NCBI GenBank assembly: GCA_035637315.1
Contig: DASPXK010000303.1
Span: forward strand, 10,201 to 74,200
Origin: Chloroflexota bacterium
GTDB lineage: Bacteria; Chloroflexota; UBA6077; JACCZL01
Direction: 5' to 3'
Length of the DNA: 64,000 nucleotides
A program made the translations under genes and the position numbers. A model generated the notes under the pieces. The model did no database searches and had not been told where the DNA came from. It saw only the letters and a list, made by a program, of their open reading frames with translations. Numbering within the stretch: position 1 is the stretch's first letter; the number at the start of each line of letters is the position of its first letter. Below, piece after piece: positions 26,536-35,819 of this stretch.

Positions 26536-28896
26536 GTGGCAAAGCGAAATCTGGTGGTGGTCGAGTCGGCCGCCAAGGCCAGGACCATCGAAAAGTTCCT
26601 TGGACGCGACTACGCGGTGCGAGCGTGCCTCGGCCACGTCCGCGATCTGCCCAAGAGCAAGCTGGGCGTGGACACCGAGCACAACTTCGCACCCGCCTAC
26701 GTGGTCACGCCCGACAAGAAAGACGTTGTTACACGGCTGCGCAGGGAAGCCAAGGACGCCGACGCGGTCTATCTCGCCACCGACCCGGACCGCGAGGGCG
26801 AGGCCATCGCCTGGCACCTCGTGTCCGCGATCGGCCTGCGCGACAAGCCGGTCCATCGGATCGAGTTTCACGAGGTCACTCGAGACGCCGTCCTGCGGGC
26901 CGTCAATCAGCCGCGTGGCATCGACCTGAAGCGGGTCGACGCCCAGCAGGCGCGGCGGGTGCTGGACCGCCTGGTGGGCTACAAGATCAGCCCGCTGCTG
27001 TGGCGGAAGGTACGGCCCGGGCTGTCGGCTGGCCGCGTCCAGTCGGTGGCCGTTCGCCTCATCGTCGACCGAGAGCGCGAGCGCGAAGCTTTCGTGCCGG
27101 TCGAGTACTGGTCGCTGGAAGCCGAGCTAGCCAAGCAAGCCGCCGACGCCCAGCCGTTCAAAGCCGCGCTCGCGGAACGGAATGGCGAGAAGATCGAGCT
27201 GAAGACCGGCGAGCAGACCGGGCGGATCATTTCAGACCTCGAGGGGGCGGGCTATCGGGTCCGCGACGTTCGCCGCCGCGAGCAGCAGCGCAACCCGGCC
27301 GCGCCGTTCACCACGAGCACCTTGCAGCAGGAGGCGAGCCGCAAGCTGGGTTTCACGGCTCGCCGAACGATGAGCGTGGCCCAACAGCTCTACGAGGGTG
27401 TGGACCTCGCGGGCGAGAGCGTCGGGTTGATCACCTACATGCGGACCGATTCCGTGACGGTCGCCGAAACGGCCATCGCTGAAGCGCGACGGGTGATCGG
27501 CGCGAAGTACGGCAAAGAGATGTTGCCGGACCGCCCGCGAACGCATCGGACCAAGAGCCGGCTTGCCCAGGAGGCACATGAGGCGATTCGACCAACCTCG
27601 GCCCAGCGCGACCCCGAGCGGGTTCGCGCCAGCCTGACGCCTGACCAGGCTCGGCTGTATGAGCTGATCTGGAAGCGTTTCGTGGCCAGCCAGATGGCGT
27701 CGGCCATCTTCGACGTGACCACGGTCGACGTCGACGCCGTTCGCGATGGCGGAGCGACCTACACGTTTCGCGCCAATGGCTCGGTGCTGCGCTTCGCCGG
27801 CTTCTTGAGCGTCTATCTGGAGGGCCGGGACGATGGGGAGGCCGACGAGGAGGGACGACAGCGGCTGCCCGAGCTTGCCGCCGGTGAGCAGCTTGATCTG
27901 CTGCGCCTGATCCCGGAGCAGCACTTCACCCAGCCGCCTCCGCGGTACTCTGAGGCGACCCTGGTCAAGGCGCTCGAGGAGCGAGGGATTGGTCGGCCCT
28001 CCACCTATGCCCCGATCCTGTCCACGATACAAGACCGCGGCTACGTCGAGAAGGAGAGCAACCGCTTCAAACCCACTGACCTGGGCCTGCTCGTCAACGA
28101 CCTGCTGGTAGGCCACTTCTCGGCCATCGTCGACGTGGACTTTACCGCTACCCTTGAGGAGAAGCTGGACGACATCGCGACCGGCGAGCGACCCTGGGTC
28201 CCCGTCGTGCGCGAGTTCTATGACCCGTTCGAAGCGACACTTCAGCGTGCTCAAAGCGAGATCGAGCACGTCAACAAGGCTGCCGAGGTGACGGACGAGC
28301 GGTGCGACAAGTGTGGTCGCCCGATGGCAATCAAGCTGGGCCGCTTCGGCCGCTTCCTGTCGTGTACCGGCTTTCCGGAGTGTAAGAACGCCAAGCCACT
28401 GGGCCAGGAAGAGACCCCCAGCGAGCCAAGCGACGAGGTCTGCGAGACGTGCGGGAAACCGATGCTCGTCAAAGTTGGTCGGTTCGGGCGGTTCCTATCG
28501 TGCAGCGACTACCCGACCTGCAAGACAACCCGCCCAATCCTGGTCAAGATCGGAGTACCCTGTCCGAGCTGCGGCGGCGAACTGGTGGAGAAGAAGGCCC
28601 GTTCCGGGCGCGTCTTCTACGGCTGCGCGAATTACCCGGCCTGCAGCTGGGTCTCCTGGCAGCGTCCCCTCTCGGAGCCGTGCGAGATATGCGGCGGGAT
28701 CAGGGTCCCGCTGTCGGGCGAACGGATCCACTGCCTGGGCTGCGATGGGCCCCTCCCGACGAGGGAGCGGGGCCGTTCGGGCGGCCGCCAGCGAGCGACC
28801 CGGGCCGCGGGCCGCCGGCGCTCCGCGCCCGGACGCGTAAAGGTGGGCAAGTCCCGATCGCTCAAATCCGTCGCCCGGGCGTCAAGAGCCAGCTGA
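26536..28896 (+). CDS. topA: DNA topoisomerase I with C-terminal zinc ribbons
   Basis: GTG 26536; Toprim N-terminus VVVESAAKARTIEKFLG; multiple C4 ribbons (CDKCGRPM.., CETCGKPM.., CPSCGGEL..); TATAAT-like box at 26476-26481 upstream. Confidence 0.9.
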   Translation: MAKRNLVVVESAAKARTIEKFLGRDYAVRACLGHVRDLPKSKLGVDTEHNFAPAYVVTPDKKDVVTRLRREAKDADAVYLATDPDREGEAIAWHLVSAIGLRDKPVHRIEFHEVTRDAVLRAVNQPRGIDLKRVDAQQARRVLDRLVGYKISPLLWRKVRPGLSAGRVQSVAVRLIVDREREREAFVPVEYWSLEAELAKQAADAQPFKAALAERNGEKIELKTGEQTGRIISDLEGAGYRVRDVRRREQQRNPAAPFTTSTLQQEASRKLGFTARRTMSVAQQLYEGVDLAGESVGLITYMRTDSVTVAETAIAEARRVIGAKYGKEMLPDRPRTHRTKSRLAQEAHEAIRPTSAQRDPERVRASLTPDQARLYELIWKRFVASQMASAIFDVTTVDVDAVRDGGATYTFRANGSVLRFAGFLSVYLEGRDDGEADEEGRQRLPELAAGEQLDLLRLIPEQHFTQPPPRYSEATLVKALEERGIGRPSTYAPILSTIQDRGYVEKESNRFKPTDLGLLVNDLLVGHFSAIVDVDFTATLEEKLDDIATGERPWVPVVREFYDPFEATLQRAQSEIEHVNKAAEVTDERCDKCGRPMAIKLGRFGRFLSCTGFPECKNAKPLGQEETPSEPSDEVCETCGKPMLVKVGRFGRFLSCSDYPTCKTTRPILVKIGVPCPSCGGELVEKKARSGRVFYGCANYPACSWVSWQRPLSEPCEICGGIRVPLSGERIHCLGCDGPLPTRERGRSGGRQRATRAAGRRRSAPGRVKVGKSRSLKSVARASRAS

Positions 28897-28908
28897 CAGT
28901 CGGACGAC

Positions 28909-30027
28909 ATGAGCGCACATAGCCAGCGCATCGAGCGCCTGCGGAACCTGTTCGGCAAGTCCCGAGTGGATGGCCTGCTGGTATCGCAGCCAGAATCGCG
29001 TTTCTACCTGAGCGGCTACAGCGGCCACGACCTGCCGCCACGGGACTCGGCTGGCTACCTGCTGATCGGCAAGTCGGAGAGCATCCTGCTGACCGATCGG
29101 CGGACCAGTGAGCAGGCCGAGCACGAGGCGCCGGACTACGAGGTCATCGTCTACACCCCTAGGGCCCGCGTCTCGACACGGATCGCTCAGATAACGAGGA
29201 AGCTGGGCATCAGGCGACTCGGCTTCGAATCGATCCATCTCCCCTACGCGATCTGGTCTGCTTTCAACAGGGCGATCAAGCCTCGTGCCGAGCTAGTACC
29301 CCTCAAGGACCCCGTCGACCGGCTGCGGATCAGCAAGGACGAGGCCGAGCTGAAGAGCCTTCAAGCGGCGGTCGACGTGCTCGACGACTGCTTCGAGCAT
29401 TTGGTACGGAACGAAATCGGCGTGGCCCGCACAGAACGGGAGATCGCCGCCGAGGTCGAACGCTATCTGGGCAGGCGCGGCGCCAGCACGTCCTTCCCCT
29501 CGATCGTTGCCAGCGGCCCGAACGCGTCGATGCCGCATGCCGTCCCGACCGATCGCCGCTTCCAGCAGGCCGAGCCGATCACCATCGATATCGGGGCTAG
29601 AGTGGATGGCTACTGCTCAGACATGACCCGCACCGTCTGCATCGACAGGCCCAGCGACAAGCTGCGTGAGGTGCATGGCCTGGTGCTAGCGGCCCAGGAG
29701 AAAGCCGAGCGCGAGATCGCCCGCGGCATGACCGGCAAGCAGGCCGATGCCATCGCGCGCGACTTCCTGAAAGGGGCAGGCTACGGCAAGGAGTTCACCC
29801 ACGGGCTTGGACACGGGATCGGCCTCGAAGTCCACGAGCCACCCTGGGTCTCGCTGCGCGGGACGCAGGCCCTGGAGCCCGGCATGGTCTTCAGCGTCGA
29901 GCCGGGCATCTATCTGCCGGGCTGGGGGGGTGTTCGGATCGAGGACCTGGTGGTGATGGAGGACGAGAGGGTGCGGGTGCTGTGTCGCTCGTGCAAGTCG
30001 TTGGAGCTTGCCGAGGCGGCAGCATGA
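28909..30027 (+). CDS. pepP: Xaa-Pro aminopeptidase (M24 family)
   Basis: 372 aa; M24 metal-ligand pattern (HGLGHGIGLEVHE). Confidence 0.85.
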   Translation: MSAHSQRIERLRNLFGKSRVDGLLVSQPESRFYLSGYSGHDLPPRDSAGYLLIGKSESILLTDRRTSEQAEHEAPDYEVIVYTPRARVSTRIAQITRKLGIRRLGFESIHLPYAIWSAFNRAIKPRAELVPLKDPVDRLRISKDEAELKSLQAAVDVLDDCFEHLVRNEIGVARTEREIAAEVERYLGRRGASTSFPSIVASGPNASMPHAVPTDRRFQQAEPITIDIGARVDGYCSDMTRTVCIDRPSDKLREVHGLVLAAQEKAEREIARGMTGKQADAIARDFLKGAGYGKEFTHGLGHGIGLEVHEPPWVSLRGTQALEPGMVFSVEPGIYLPGWGGVRIEDLVVMEDERVRVLCRSCKSLELAEAAA

Positions 30028-30581
30028 TCTCGACCGGCGATCTGCGCAAAGGAATCATTATCGAGATGGACCGCCAGTTGTTCTCGGTCTTGGACTACCA
30101 GCACCAGAAGATCGGGCGCGGCAGCGCCCAGGTCAAAATGCGGGTCCGCAACGTCAGGACGGGTGCGATCTCGGAGACGACAGTCCAGGCTGGAACGAGG
30201 TTCCCGCGCGTTCGCTTGGAGCAGCGCAACATGTCCTTCCTGTATGCCGAGGACAACGCCTACTACTTCATGGACCAGCAGACGTACGACCAGGTCGCGC
30301 TGACCGCTCAACGGCTCGGCGAGGCGGTCAACTACCTGAAGGATGGGATGGTGCTTCAGGTCCAGTTCTACGAGAACGAGCCGGTCGCCGTCGACGTGCC
30401 GATCACCGTCGAGCTGCGGGTAGACGAGACCGAGCCGGGCTTCCGCGGCGACACGGCCACTGGGGGCAGCAAGCCCGCCAGACTCGAGACTGGACTGAGC
30501 GTCCAGGTCCCGCTCTTCGTCAACCAGGGCGATACCATTAAGGTGGACACCCGAACGGGGACCTACCTGGAGCGAGTGTAG
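30024..30581 (+). CDS. efp: elongation factor P
   Basis: ATG 30024 overlapping the pepP stop (ATGA); MISTGDLRKG..KIGRGSAQV canonical EF-P. Confidence 0.9.
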   Translation: MISTGDLRKGIIIEMDRQLFSVLDYQHQKIGRGSAQVKMRVRNVRTGAISETTVQAGTRFPRVRLEQRNMSFLYAEDNAYYFMDQQTYDQVALTAQRLGEAVNYLKDGMVLQVQFYENEPVAVDVPITVELRVDETEPGFRGDTATGGSKPARLETGLSVQVPLFVNQGDTIKVDTRTGTYLERV

Positions 30582-30610
30582 GAGCCACGCTGCGCAGCCA
30601 GACGGAAGGC

Positions 30611-31081
30611 ATGACACTGGAGTCGCCACCCGAGGATCGAGACTCAGGGCTGGTCCGGGAGCGCGGTCCCCTCTCGCCCGATGAGCTGGGCGAGCTGCTG
30701 CGCGTGCTCGCTGGCTCCGACGTTGAGGAGCTCGACCTGGAGTGCGAAGGCGCGCGGCTCTGGATCCGACGGGATCCAGCAATGGTCGGGCGTGGACTGC
30801 CGGAGATCTCCGAGCCGATGGTCGAGGCAACGCCGCCGGATACGTTCGTGGTGACGGCGCCGATGGTGGGGGTCTTTCGGCGATCGGCGGGCGGGAAGTC
30901 GGAGCCGCCTGTCGAGGAGGGAGGCAGCATCATCGCCGGCCAGGTCGTCGGCGCGGTCGAGGCGATGAGGATGCTGAATCGGGTCCAGAGCGAGCGGGCC
31001 GGCGTCGTGAAACGGCTGCTGGTGCAGGACGGACAACCCGTCGAGTACGGGCAGCCGCTGATCGAGCTGCGTCCGAGCTGA
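30611..31081 (+). CDS. accB: acetyl-CoA carboxylase biotin carboxyl carrier protein
   Basis: Biotinyl-lysine motif EAMRMLN in the C-terminal lipoyl-like domain. Confidence 0.85.
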   Translation: MTLESPPEDRDSGLVRERGPLSPDELGELLRVLAGSDVEELDLECEGARLWIRRDPAMVGRGLPEISEPMVEATPPDTFVVTAPMVGVFRRSAGGKSEPPVEEGGSIIAGQVVGAVEAMRMLNRVQSERAGVVKRLLVQDGQPVEYGQPLIELRPS

Positions 31082-31094
31082 TAAGTCCGGTGCG

Positions 31095-32435
31095 ATGAAG
31101 ATCTACCAGGCTGGCGAGATCGGGCGGTACATCAAGGAGCTGCTGTACACCGATCGCCTCCTCCGAGACCTCTGGGTCAAGGGAGAGATCACGAACCTGT
31201 CCCGCGCCTCCTCAGGCCACTATTACTTCTCGCTCAAGGACGAGACCAGCCAGCTGCGCTCGATGATGTTCCGCGGGGACGCCGAACGCTGCGGCGCCAA
31301 TCCTGGACCGGGCAGCTCGGTCGTCGCCCACGGACGGGTCTCGTTCTACGAGCCGACGGGCGCATGCCAGTTTTACGTCGACATGATGTACCCGAGCGGC
31401 GTGGGAGAGGCGCGGCTTCGGTTCGAGGCGTTGCGACTCAAACTCGAGCAGGAGGGCCTGTTCGCACCTGGGCGCAAGCGGCGCGTGCCGACCCTCCCGC
31501 GCCGCGTCGGATTGGTCACGTCGGAAAGCGGGGCGGTGCTCCACGATGTGCTGACCGTTCTGGGACGGCGCTACCCACTGGCCGAAGTCGTCTTTTCGCA
31601 CACTCCCGTTCAGGGCGAGTTTGCCGCCGAGGAGATCGTGGCAGCCCTCGCTCGAGTGTGTGAGTGGCGGGCAACGGACGGCCGCGGCGTGGACGTGGTG
31701 ATCATCGGACGAGGCGGGGGCGGGCCGGAAGAGCTGGCGCCATTCAACGACGAGCGCCTGGCGCGAGCTATCTTCGCGTGCCCGTGTCCGGTCATCTCGG
31801 CGGTCGGCCACGAGACCGACGAGTCGATCTGCGACTACGTCGCCGACCTTCGGGCCGCAACACCCTCGGCGGCGGCCGAAATGGTCGCGCCGGACGTGCG
31901 CGCGCTGGTCGGGGAGGTGAGCGGCCTGGTGAACAGGGCTCGCTCCGGCCTGGCCAGCCGGATCCAGGCCGCTCGAGGCGAGCTCGCCCATGGGCGGGAC
32001 CGACTGTTCGCCAACTCGCCGACGACGATGATCGCCAGGAGCCGCCAGGCCGCCCGAGACGAGCTCAGAAGGGCACGGCTGCTGCTCGATCACCGCGTCA
32101 GCTCCAACCGCGGGCAATTGGTCGGCCGCCGCCTGCAACTCGCGGCTCTGAGCCCGGATGCTACGCTGGCCCGCGGCTACAGCGTTGTCAGTGTCGTCGA
32201 CCCTGGCCCAGCGGGCGCCTCAGGGGTGGTCCGCTCCACCAGGGACGTCGGGGTGAGCCAGGAGCTGGAGATCGAGGTTCGTGACGGGATCATCGACGCG
32301 ACCTCGACGCGAGTGAGACCGGCGCTGTCCTGGACGCCCCCACCGCCTGGTCCCCTTTCCCTTGCGGGCGAGAGGGGGAGCCGCCACCCCTCTCCCCTTG
32401 AGGAAGAGGAGCCGGGGGCGAGGGCGACCGGGTGA
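31095..32435 (+). CDS. xseA: exodeoxyribonuclease VII large subunit
   Basis: 446 aa; OB-fold N-terminus and XseA catalytic core; the 3' end runs through a GC-rich repeat. Confidence 0.85.
   Translation: MKIYQAGEIGRYIKELLYTDRLLRDLWVKGEITNLSRASSGHYYFSLKDETSQLRSMMFRGDAERCGANPGPGSSVVAHGRVSFYEPTGACQFYVDMMYPSGVGEARLRFEALRLKLEQEGLFAPGRKRRVPTLPRRVGLVTSESGAVLHDVLTVLGRRYPLAEVVFSHTPVQGEFAAEEIVAALARVCEWRATDGRGVDVVIIGRGGGGPEELAPFNDERLARAIFACPCPVISAVGHETDESICDYVADLRAATPSAAAEMVAPDVRALVGEVSGLVNRARSGLASRIQAARGELAHGRDRLFANSPTTMIARSRQAARDELRRARLLLDHRVSSNRGQLVGRRLQLAALSPDATLARGYSVVSVVDPGPAGASGVVRSTRDVGVSQELEIEVRDGIIDATSTRVRPALSWTPPPPGPLSLAGERGSRHPSPLEEEEPGARATG
32350..32410. repeat. GC-rich repeat CCCCTTTCCCTTGCGGGCGAGAGGGGGAG...CCCCTCTCCCCTTGAGGAAGAGGAG (family shared with 63765-63860)
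   Basis: Direct reading of sequence; similar to the element at the window end. Confidence 0.6.
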
Positions 32436-32698
32436 AGGCGGAGCCGGCTGACATGATCGCCGAGCGGGATGGCGAGGGCGCCGAGAGCGCGACGTTCGAG
32501 GAAACGTTTCGAAGCCTCCAGGAGACGATCGCGCGCCTCGAGCAGGGTGGTCTGCCCCTGCACGAAGCGATCGACACGTTCGAGCGCGGCATCGAGTTGG
32601 CCAACCGCTGCGCTGCGATCCTGGATGCGGCGGAGCTTCGGGTGACAAACGTTATGGAGAACCAGGGGCTCGGCGTCGACGAGCCCGGGCAGCGCTAA
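32432..32698 (+). CDS. xseB: exodeoxyribonuclease VII small subunit
   Basis: Start overlaps the xseA stop; ..FEETFRSLQETIARLEQGGLPLHEAIDTFERG.. typical XseB. Confidence 0.8.
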   Translation: MKAEPADMIAERDGEGAESATFEETFRSLQETIARLEQGGLPLHEAIDTFERGIELANRCAAILDAAELRVTNVMENQGLGVDEPGQR

Positions 32699-32709
32699 CT
32701 GGTGCCCGG

Positions 32710-33141
32710 ATGGCCGACGTCCTGCGCAACGATGTGCTCGTCGTCGCGGTGCTGGCCTGGCTTCTCGCGCAGCTGTCCAAGCTGCTCATCGTCCTGCTGC
32801 GCGAGCGGCAGCTTCAGCTTGGCTATCTTACCAGCGCCGGCGGGATGCCCAGTTCTCACTCGGCAGTGGTCGTCGCCCTGGCGACTCGCATCGGGATCGA
32901 GGCCGGGCTCGGATCAATAGCGTTCGCGCTGGCCGTGATTTTCGCCGGAGTCGTCCTCTACGACGCGGCCGGGGTCCGACGCGCCGTCAGCGTCCAGGCG
33001 CGCATCCTCAACCGCATGCTCGAGGAAGTGTTCGAGTACCAGCGGTTCAACGAGAAGCGGCTGCTCGAGCTGCTCGGCCACACCCCTTTCGAGGTCTTCG
33101 TCGGCTCGCTGCTCGGACTGCTCGTCGCGCTGTCGTGGTGA
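32710..33141 (+). CDS. divergent PAP2 / DUF212-type membrane protein
   Basis: 143 aa; GMPSSHSA motif, four TM segments. Confidence 0.7.
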   Translation: MADVLRNDVLVVAVLAWLLAQLSKLLIVLLRERQLQLGYLTSAGGMPSSHSAVVVALATRIGIEAGLGSIAFALAVIFAGVVLYDAAGVRRAVSVQARILNRMLEEVFEYQRFNEKRLLELLGHTPFEVFVGSLLGLLVALSW

Positions 33142-33232
33142 CCGAGCTGTCAGCGATCAGCTATCAGCAGTCAGGAGTCGTGACGAACGAGCTGGCTGGC
33201 AGCTGACGGCTGATAGCTGACAGCTCGTCACG
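33141..33232. repeat. 92-bp imperfect palindrome built from 7-nt units (GAGCTGT CAGCGAT CAGCTAT CAGCAGT CAGGAGT ... CAGCTGA CGGCTGA TAGCTGA CAGCTCG)
   Basis: Direct reading of sequence; sits exactly between the stop codons of two convergent genes. Confidence 0.85.
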
Positions 33233-33866
33233 CCCCTTTCGCCCGAACGACCAGGCGGTCCAGGTACTCGCGGCTCGCGGCGCGATACTCGCCGCCGCAG
33301 GTGATCAGGGTGATGGTCGGAGCGTCGGTCTGGGCGAAGATCTCCTCGACCGGGGCACCCTCGGCCCGCAGCCAGCGGACCGACTCGACCACGTACTCGT
33401 AGCCGCTGCCGTTCTCATCCATGACGAGCACGGCGTCGCCCGCCTCGAGCGTGAAAAGACGGCCGAAGACGCGCAGCCGGCCGCCCCAGTCGACGTGGCC
33501 AGCGAAAACCGCGTTCCCGGCCACGCCCATGCCCGGCCCCAGTGTGTACCAGGCGACCTCGTCAGGATCTTGAGGCGCCGACATCGTGCCATCCTCGTCC
33601 TGAGCTACCCCCACGATGGGCGCCTCGACGCCGAGCTTCGGGATCGCCAGCTTCGCCGGCCGGACACCCGATGGGACGAACTCCCCCTCAGGCTCGGCGG
33701 CCGGCGGGGCAGGCGCTTCCGGTTCAGGCACCCAGGGCGAATCGGCAGGTGGATCGACGGGCTGGGCCGCGGTCCGCGACGCCAAGGCGGCAGCGCCGAA
33801 GAGACCCACGAAGCTGGCGAGGGCGCCGGCCAGAAAGCGCCGGCGTTTGGCTTGCCCGACCCTCAT
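33228..33866 (-). CDS. sortase-family transpeptidase (class E/F-like)
   Basis: N-terminal membrane anchor; catalytic TLITCGG near the C-terminus. Confidence 0.8.
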   Translation of the reverse strand: MRVGQAKRRRFLAGALASFVGLFGAAALASRTAAQPVDPPADSPWVPEPEAPAPPAAEPEGEFVPSGVRPAKLAIPKLGVEAPIVGVAQDEDGTMSAPQDPDEVAWYTLGPGMGVAGNAVFAGHVDWGGRLRVFGRLFTLEAGDAVLVMDENGSGYEYVVESVRWLRAEGAPVEEIFAQTDAPTITLITCGGEYRAASREYLDRLVVRAKGA

Positions 33867-34507
33867 CCGTCCCCGACGCCGCTGACCGAAGTCACCGCGT
33901 CAAGATTGAACATCATCGTCCGATTCCGCTGACGGCAGTCGCCGATAACGTACCAGGAGCTGAGATAGGGCAGCAACAGCTCTGGACGCACAATTGGCTC
34001 CGGAAGCGGCGAGCTGGTGTCGCCGGGTGGGTAGTGCAGCTTGATCGGCGACCCCCGCAGGAGCGAGTCGGCGAGCGCGGCGAATACCTGCTGCTGCCCG
34101 GTTCGGGGGCTGATGACGGCGTCCAGTGTGCGCTGGACGAGCGGCTGAAGATGGGCCGGAAACATGGCCGGCAGCTTCTTCATCAACGACTGCAGTCGGT
34201 CGCCCGGGATCGCGCGATCGCGAGTCGCCTGGCGGAGGATCATGACCAGCAGCTGGGCCTCGCGAAAGTCGAAGCAGCCGCCGCCAGTCGCGGCCGAGCC
34301 TTCGGCCACGAACCGGTAGCCCTGGCGGCGGACCAGCGGGAGACGCATGTCTGAGCGGATGATGTTCAGGTCTGCCTGGACTTGGCGTTCGCTGAGATGG
34401 AACTTGTCGGCTAGCTCGCGGCGGCTTTTACCGGGCGTTTCGGCGATGTCTTCGACGATGTGCCAGATGCGTCGGAAACGGTCTGCTACGAGCCGCTTAC
34501 GTTCCAT
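33863..34507 (-). CDS. HTH plus WYL-domain transcriptional regulator
   Basis: N-terminal HTH (..SRRELADKFHLSERQVQADL..), C-terminal WYVIGDCRQRN..FNLDAV WYL motif. Confidence 0.8.
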   Translation of the reverse strand: MERKRLVADRFRRIWHIVEDIAETPGKSRRELADKFHLSERQVQADLNIIRSDMRLPLVRRQGYRFVAEGSAATGGGCFDFREAQLLVMILRQATRDRAIPGDRLQSLMKKLPAMFPAHLQPLVQRTLDAVISPRTGQQQVFAALADSLLRGSPIKLHYPPGDTSSPLPEPIVRPELLLPYLSSWYVIGDCRQRNRTMMFNLDAVTSVSGVGDG

Positions 34508-34638
34508 CGCGCCATCCCCTCAATTCCGCAACTGGGCGAACCTAAGGCCCCGATTTGGGCACAAAGAAAGAACCGCGGGTAGTCCGCCCGCACGGCGGCA
34601 CCTGGGACTAACCGGCGGTTCTGTGGGCGCGCTACTGC

Positions 34639-34715
34639 TGGTACGCGAGCCGGGATTCGAACCCGGGGCCTCAGCCTCCGCAGGGCTGCGCTCTAATCCG
34701 CTGAGCTACTCGCGC
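34639..34715 (-). tRNA. tRNA-Arg, anticodon GCG (by hand folding)
   Basis: Reverse complement GCGCGAGUAGCUCAGCGGAUUAGAGCGCAGCCCUGCGGAGGCUGAGGCCCCGGGUUCGAAUCCCGGCUCGCGUACCA folds as a cloverleaf; anticodon loop CUGCGGA; encoded CCA. Confidence 0.75.
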
Positions 34716-34803
34716 CGGCGCAGGTCGTAGTGTACCATACCCCCATACCCCTTTCAATAGACTCAGACTGCCCATTTTCACTGTTTTCGACGGGAGAACC
34801 CGG

Positions 34804-35727
34804 ATGAAGCTGACCGTAGTGGGCGGGGCCGGACGGGTGGGCTCGACCACCCTCTTCCAGCTCTTGTTGGAGGGCGGTTTTCAAGAGCTGGTTGTCCTGG
34901 ACATTCTCAAGGAGGCCGCCGAGGGCGAGGCGCTCGACCTGCGGCACGGCACGGCTCTGTCTCACCGCTGCGTGATTCGAGCGGGTGATTACGATGCCAG
35001 CGAGGGGTCGGACTTCGTCCTCATCACGGCCGGCATCCCGCGCCAGCCGGGGGAGACGCGGCTGGACCTGCTCCGGAAGAACGTCGACTTGATGAAAGGC
35101 GTTCTCGAGCAGGTCATGAAGTACAACCGCGACTCATTCATCATCATGGTCGCCAACCCGGTGGACGTCCTGACGTATCAGGCGATTACGAGCACCGGCC
35201 TGCCGACAAACAAGGTCATCGGAACTGGCACGCTCCTGGATACAACCCGCTTTCGTTCACTCCTTGGCGAGCGGCTGGGCGTATCGCCAGACCAGGTCTA
35301 CGTCTACATGCTGGGCGAGCATGGCGACAGCCAGGTCCCAATCACCAGCACCGGGACCGTGGCCGGGATCCCCTTGCGCCAGTTCCCCGGCTTCAGCGAG
35401 CAGATGCTCCAGGAGGTGATCGAGGAAACTCGCTTCGGCGGGGCGGCAGTGATCAAGCGAAAGCGGGGCACTTTCTACGCCGTGGCGCCGATGATCGTCG
35501 AACTCGTGCGGGCCATCCGCCTCGATGAGAAGCGGGTCCTGCCGATCTCGTCGCTGATGGATGGCGGCTACCTCGGAATTAGAGACGTGGCGCTCTCGCT
35601 GCCTTGCGTGGTGGGCGCAGCCGGGCGTGAGAAGGTCGTCCAACTGGAGCTTTCCGACGAGGAACGCGAGGCTCTGCTAAGCTCAGCACAAGTCCTGCGG
35701 GGCGCGATCGAGGAGGTCGGCCTGTAA
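34804..35727 (+). CDS. mdh: malate dehydrogenase (LDH-like MDH family)
   Basis: GGAGRVG Rossmann motif, catalytic LGEHGDS; GGGAGA SD. Confidence 0.85.
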   Translation: MKLTVVGGAGRVGSTTLFQLLLEGGFQELVVLDILKEAAEGEALDLRHGTALSHRCVIRAGDYDASEGSDFVLITAGIPRQPGETRLDLLRKNVDLMKGVLEQVMKYNRDSFIIMVANPVDVLTYQAITSTGLPTNKVIGTGTLLDTTRFRSLLGERLGVSPDQVYVYMLGEHGDSQVPITSTGTVAGIPLRQFPGFSEQMLQEVIEETRFGGAAVIKRKRGTFYAVAPMIVELVRAIRLDEKRVLPISSLMDGGYLGIRDVALSLPCVVGAAGREKVVQLELSDEEREALLSSAQVLRGAIEEVGL

Positions 35728-35739
35728 ACCAAGTGGCTC

Positions 35740-35799
35740 GTAGGGGCGCGATTCATCGCGCCCAGGGTGAGGAGAGGGCGGGATAAATCCCGCCCCTAC
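35740..35799. repeat. REP-like element GTAGGGGCGCGATTCATCGCGCCC...GGGCGGGATAAATCCCGCCCCTAC (two hairpins bounded by GTAGGGG/CCCCTAC)
   Basis: Direct reading of sequence. Confidence 0.8.
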
Positions 35800-35819
35800 G
35801 GGTCACACACGGAGGATTC

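Noticed and set aside
27232-28269. 345-aa minus-strand ORF
   Set aside because: Antisense to topA
31212-32138. 308-aa minus-strand ORF
   Set aside because: Antisense to xseA
34508-34804. Integrative element at the tRNA-Arg gene
   Set aside because: No integrase, no direct repeat of the tRNA 3' end, and the flanking genes are ordinary (WYL regulator, mdh)
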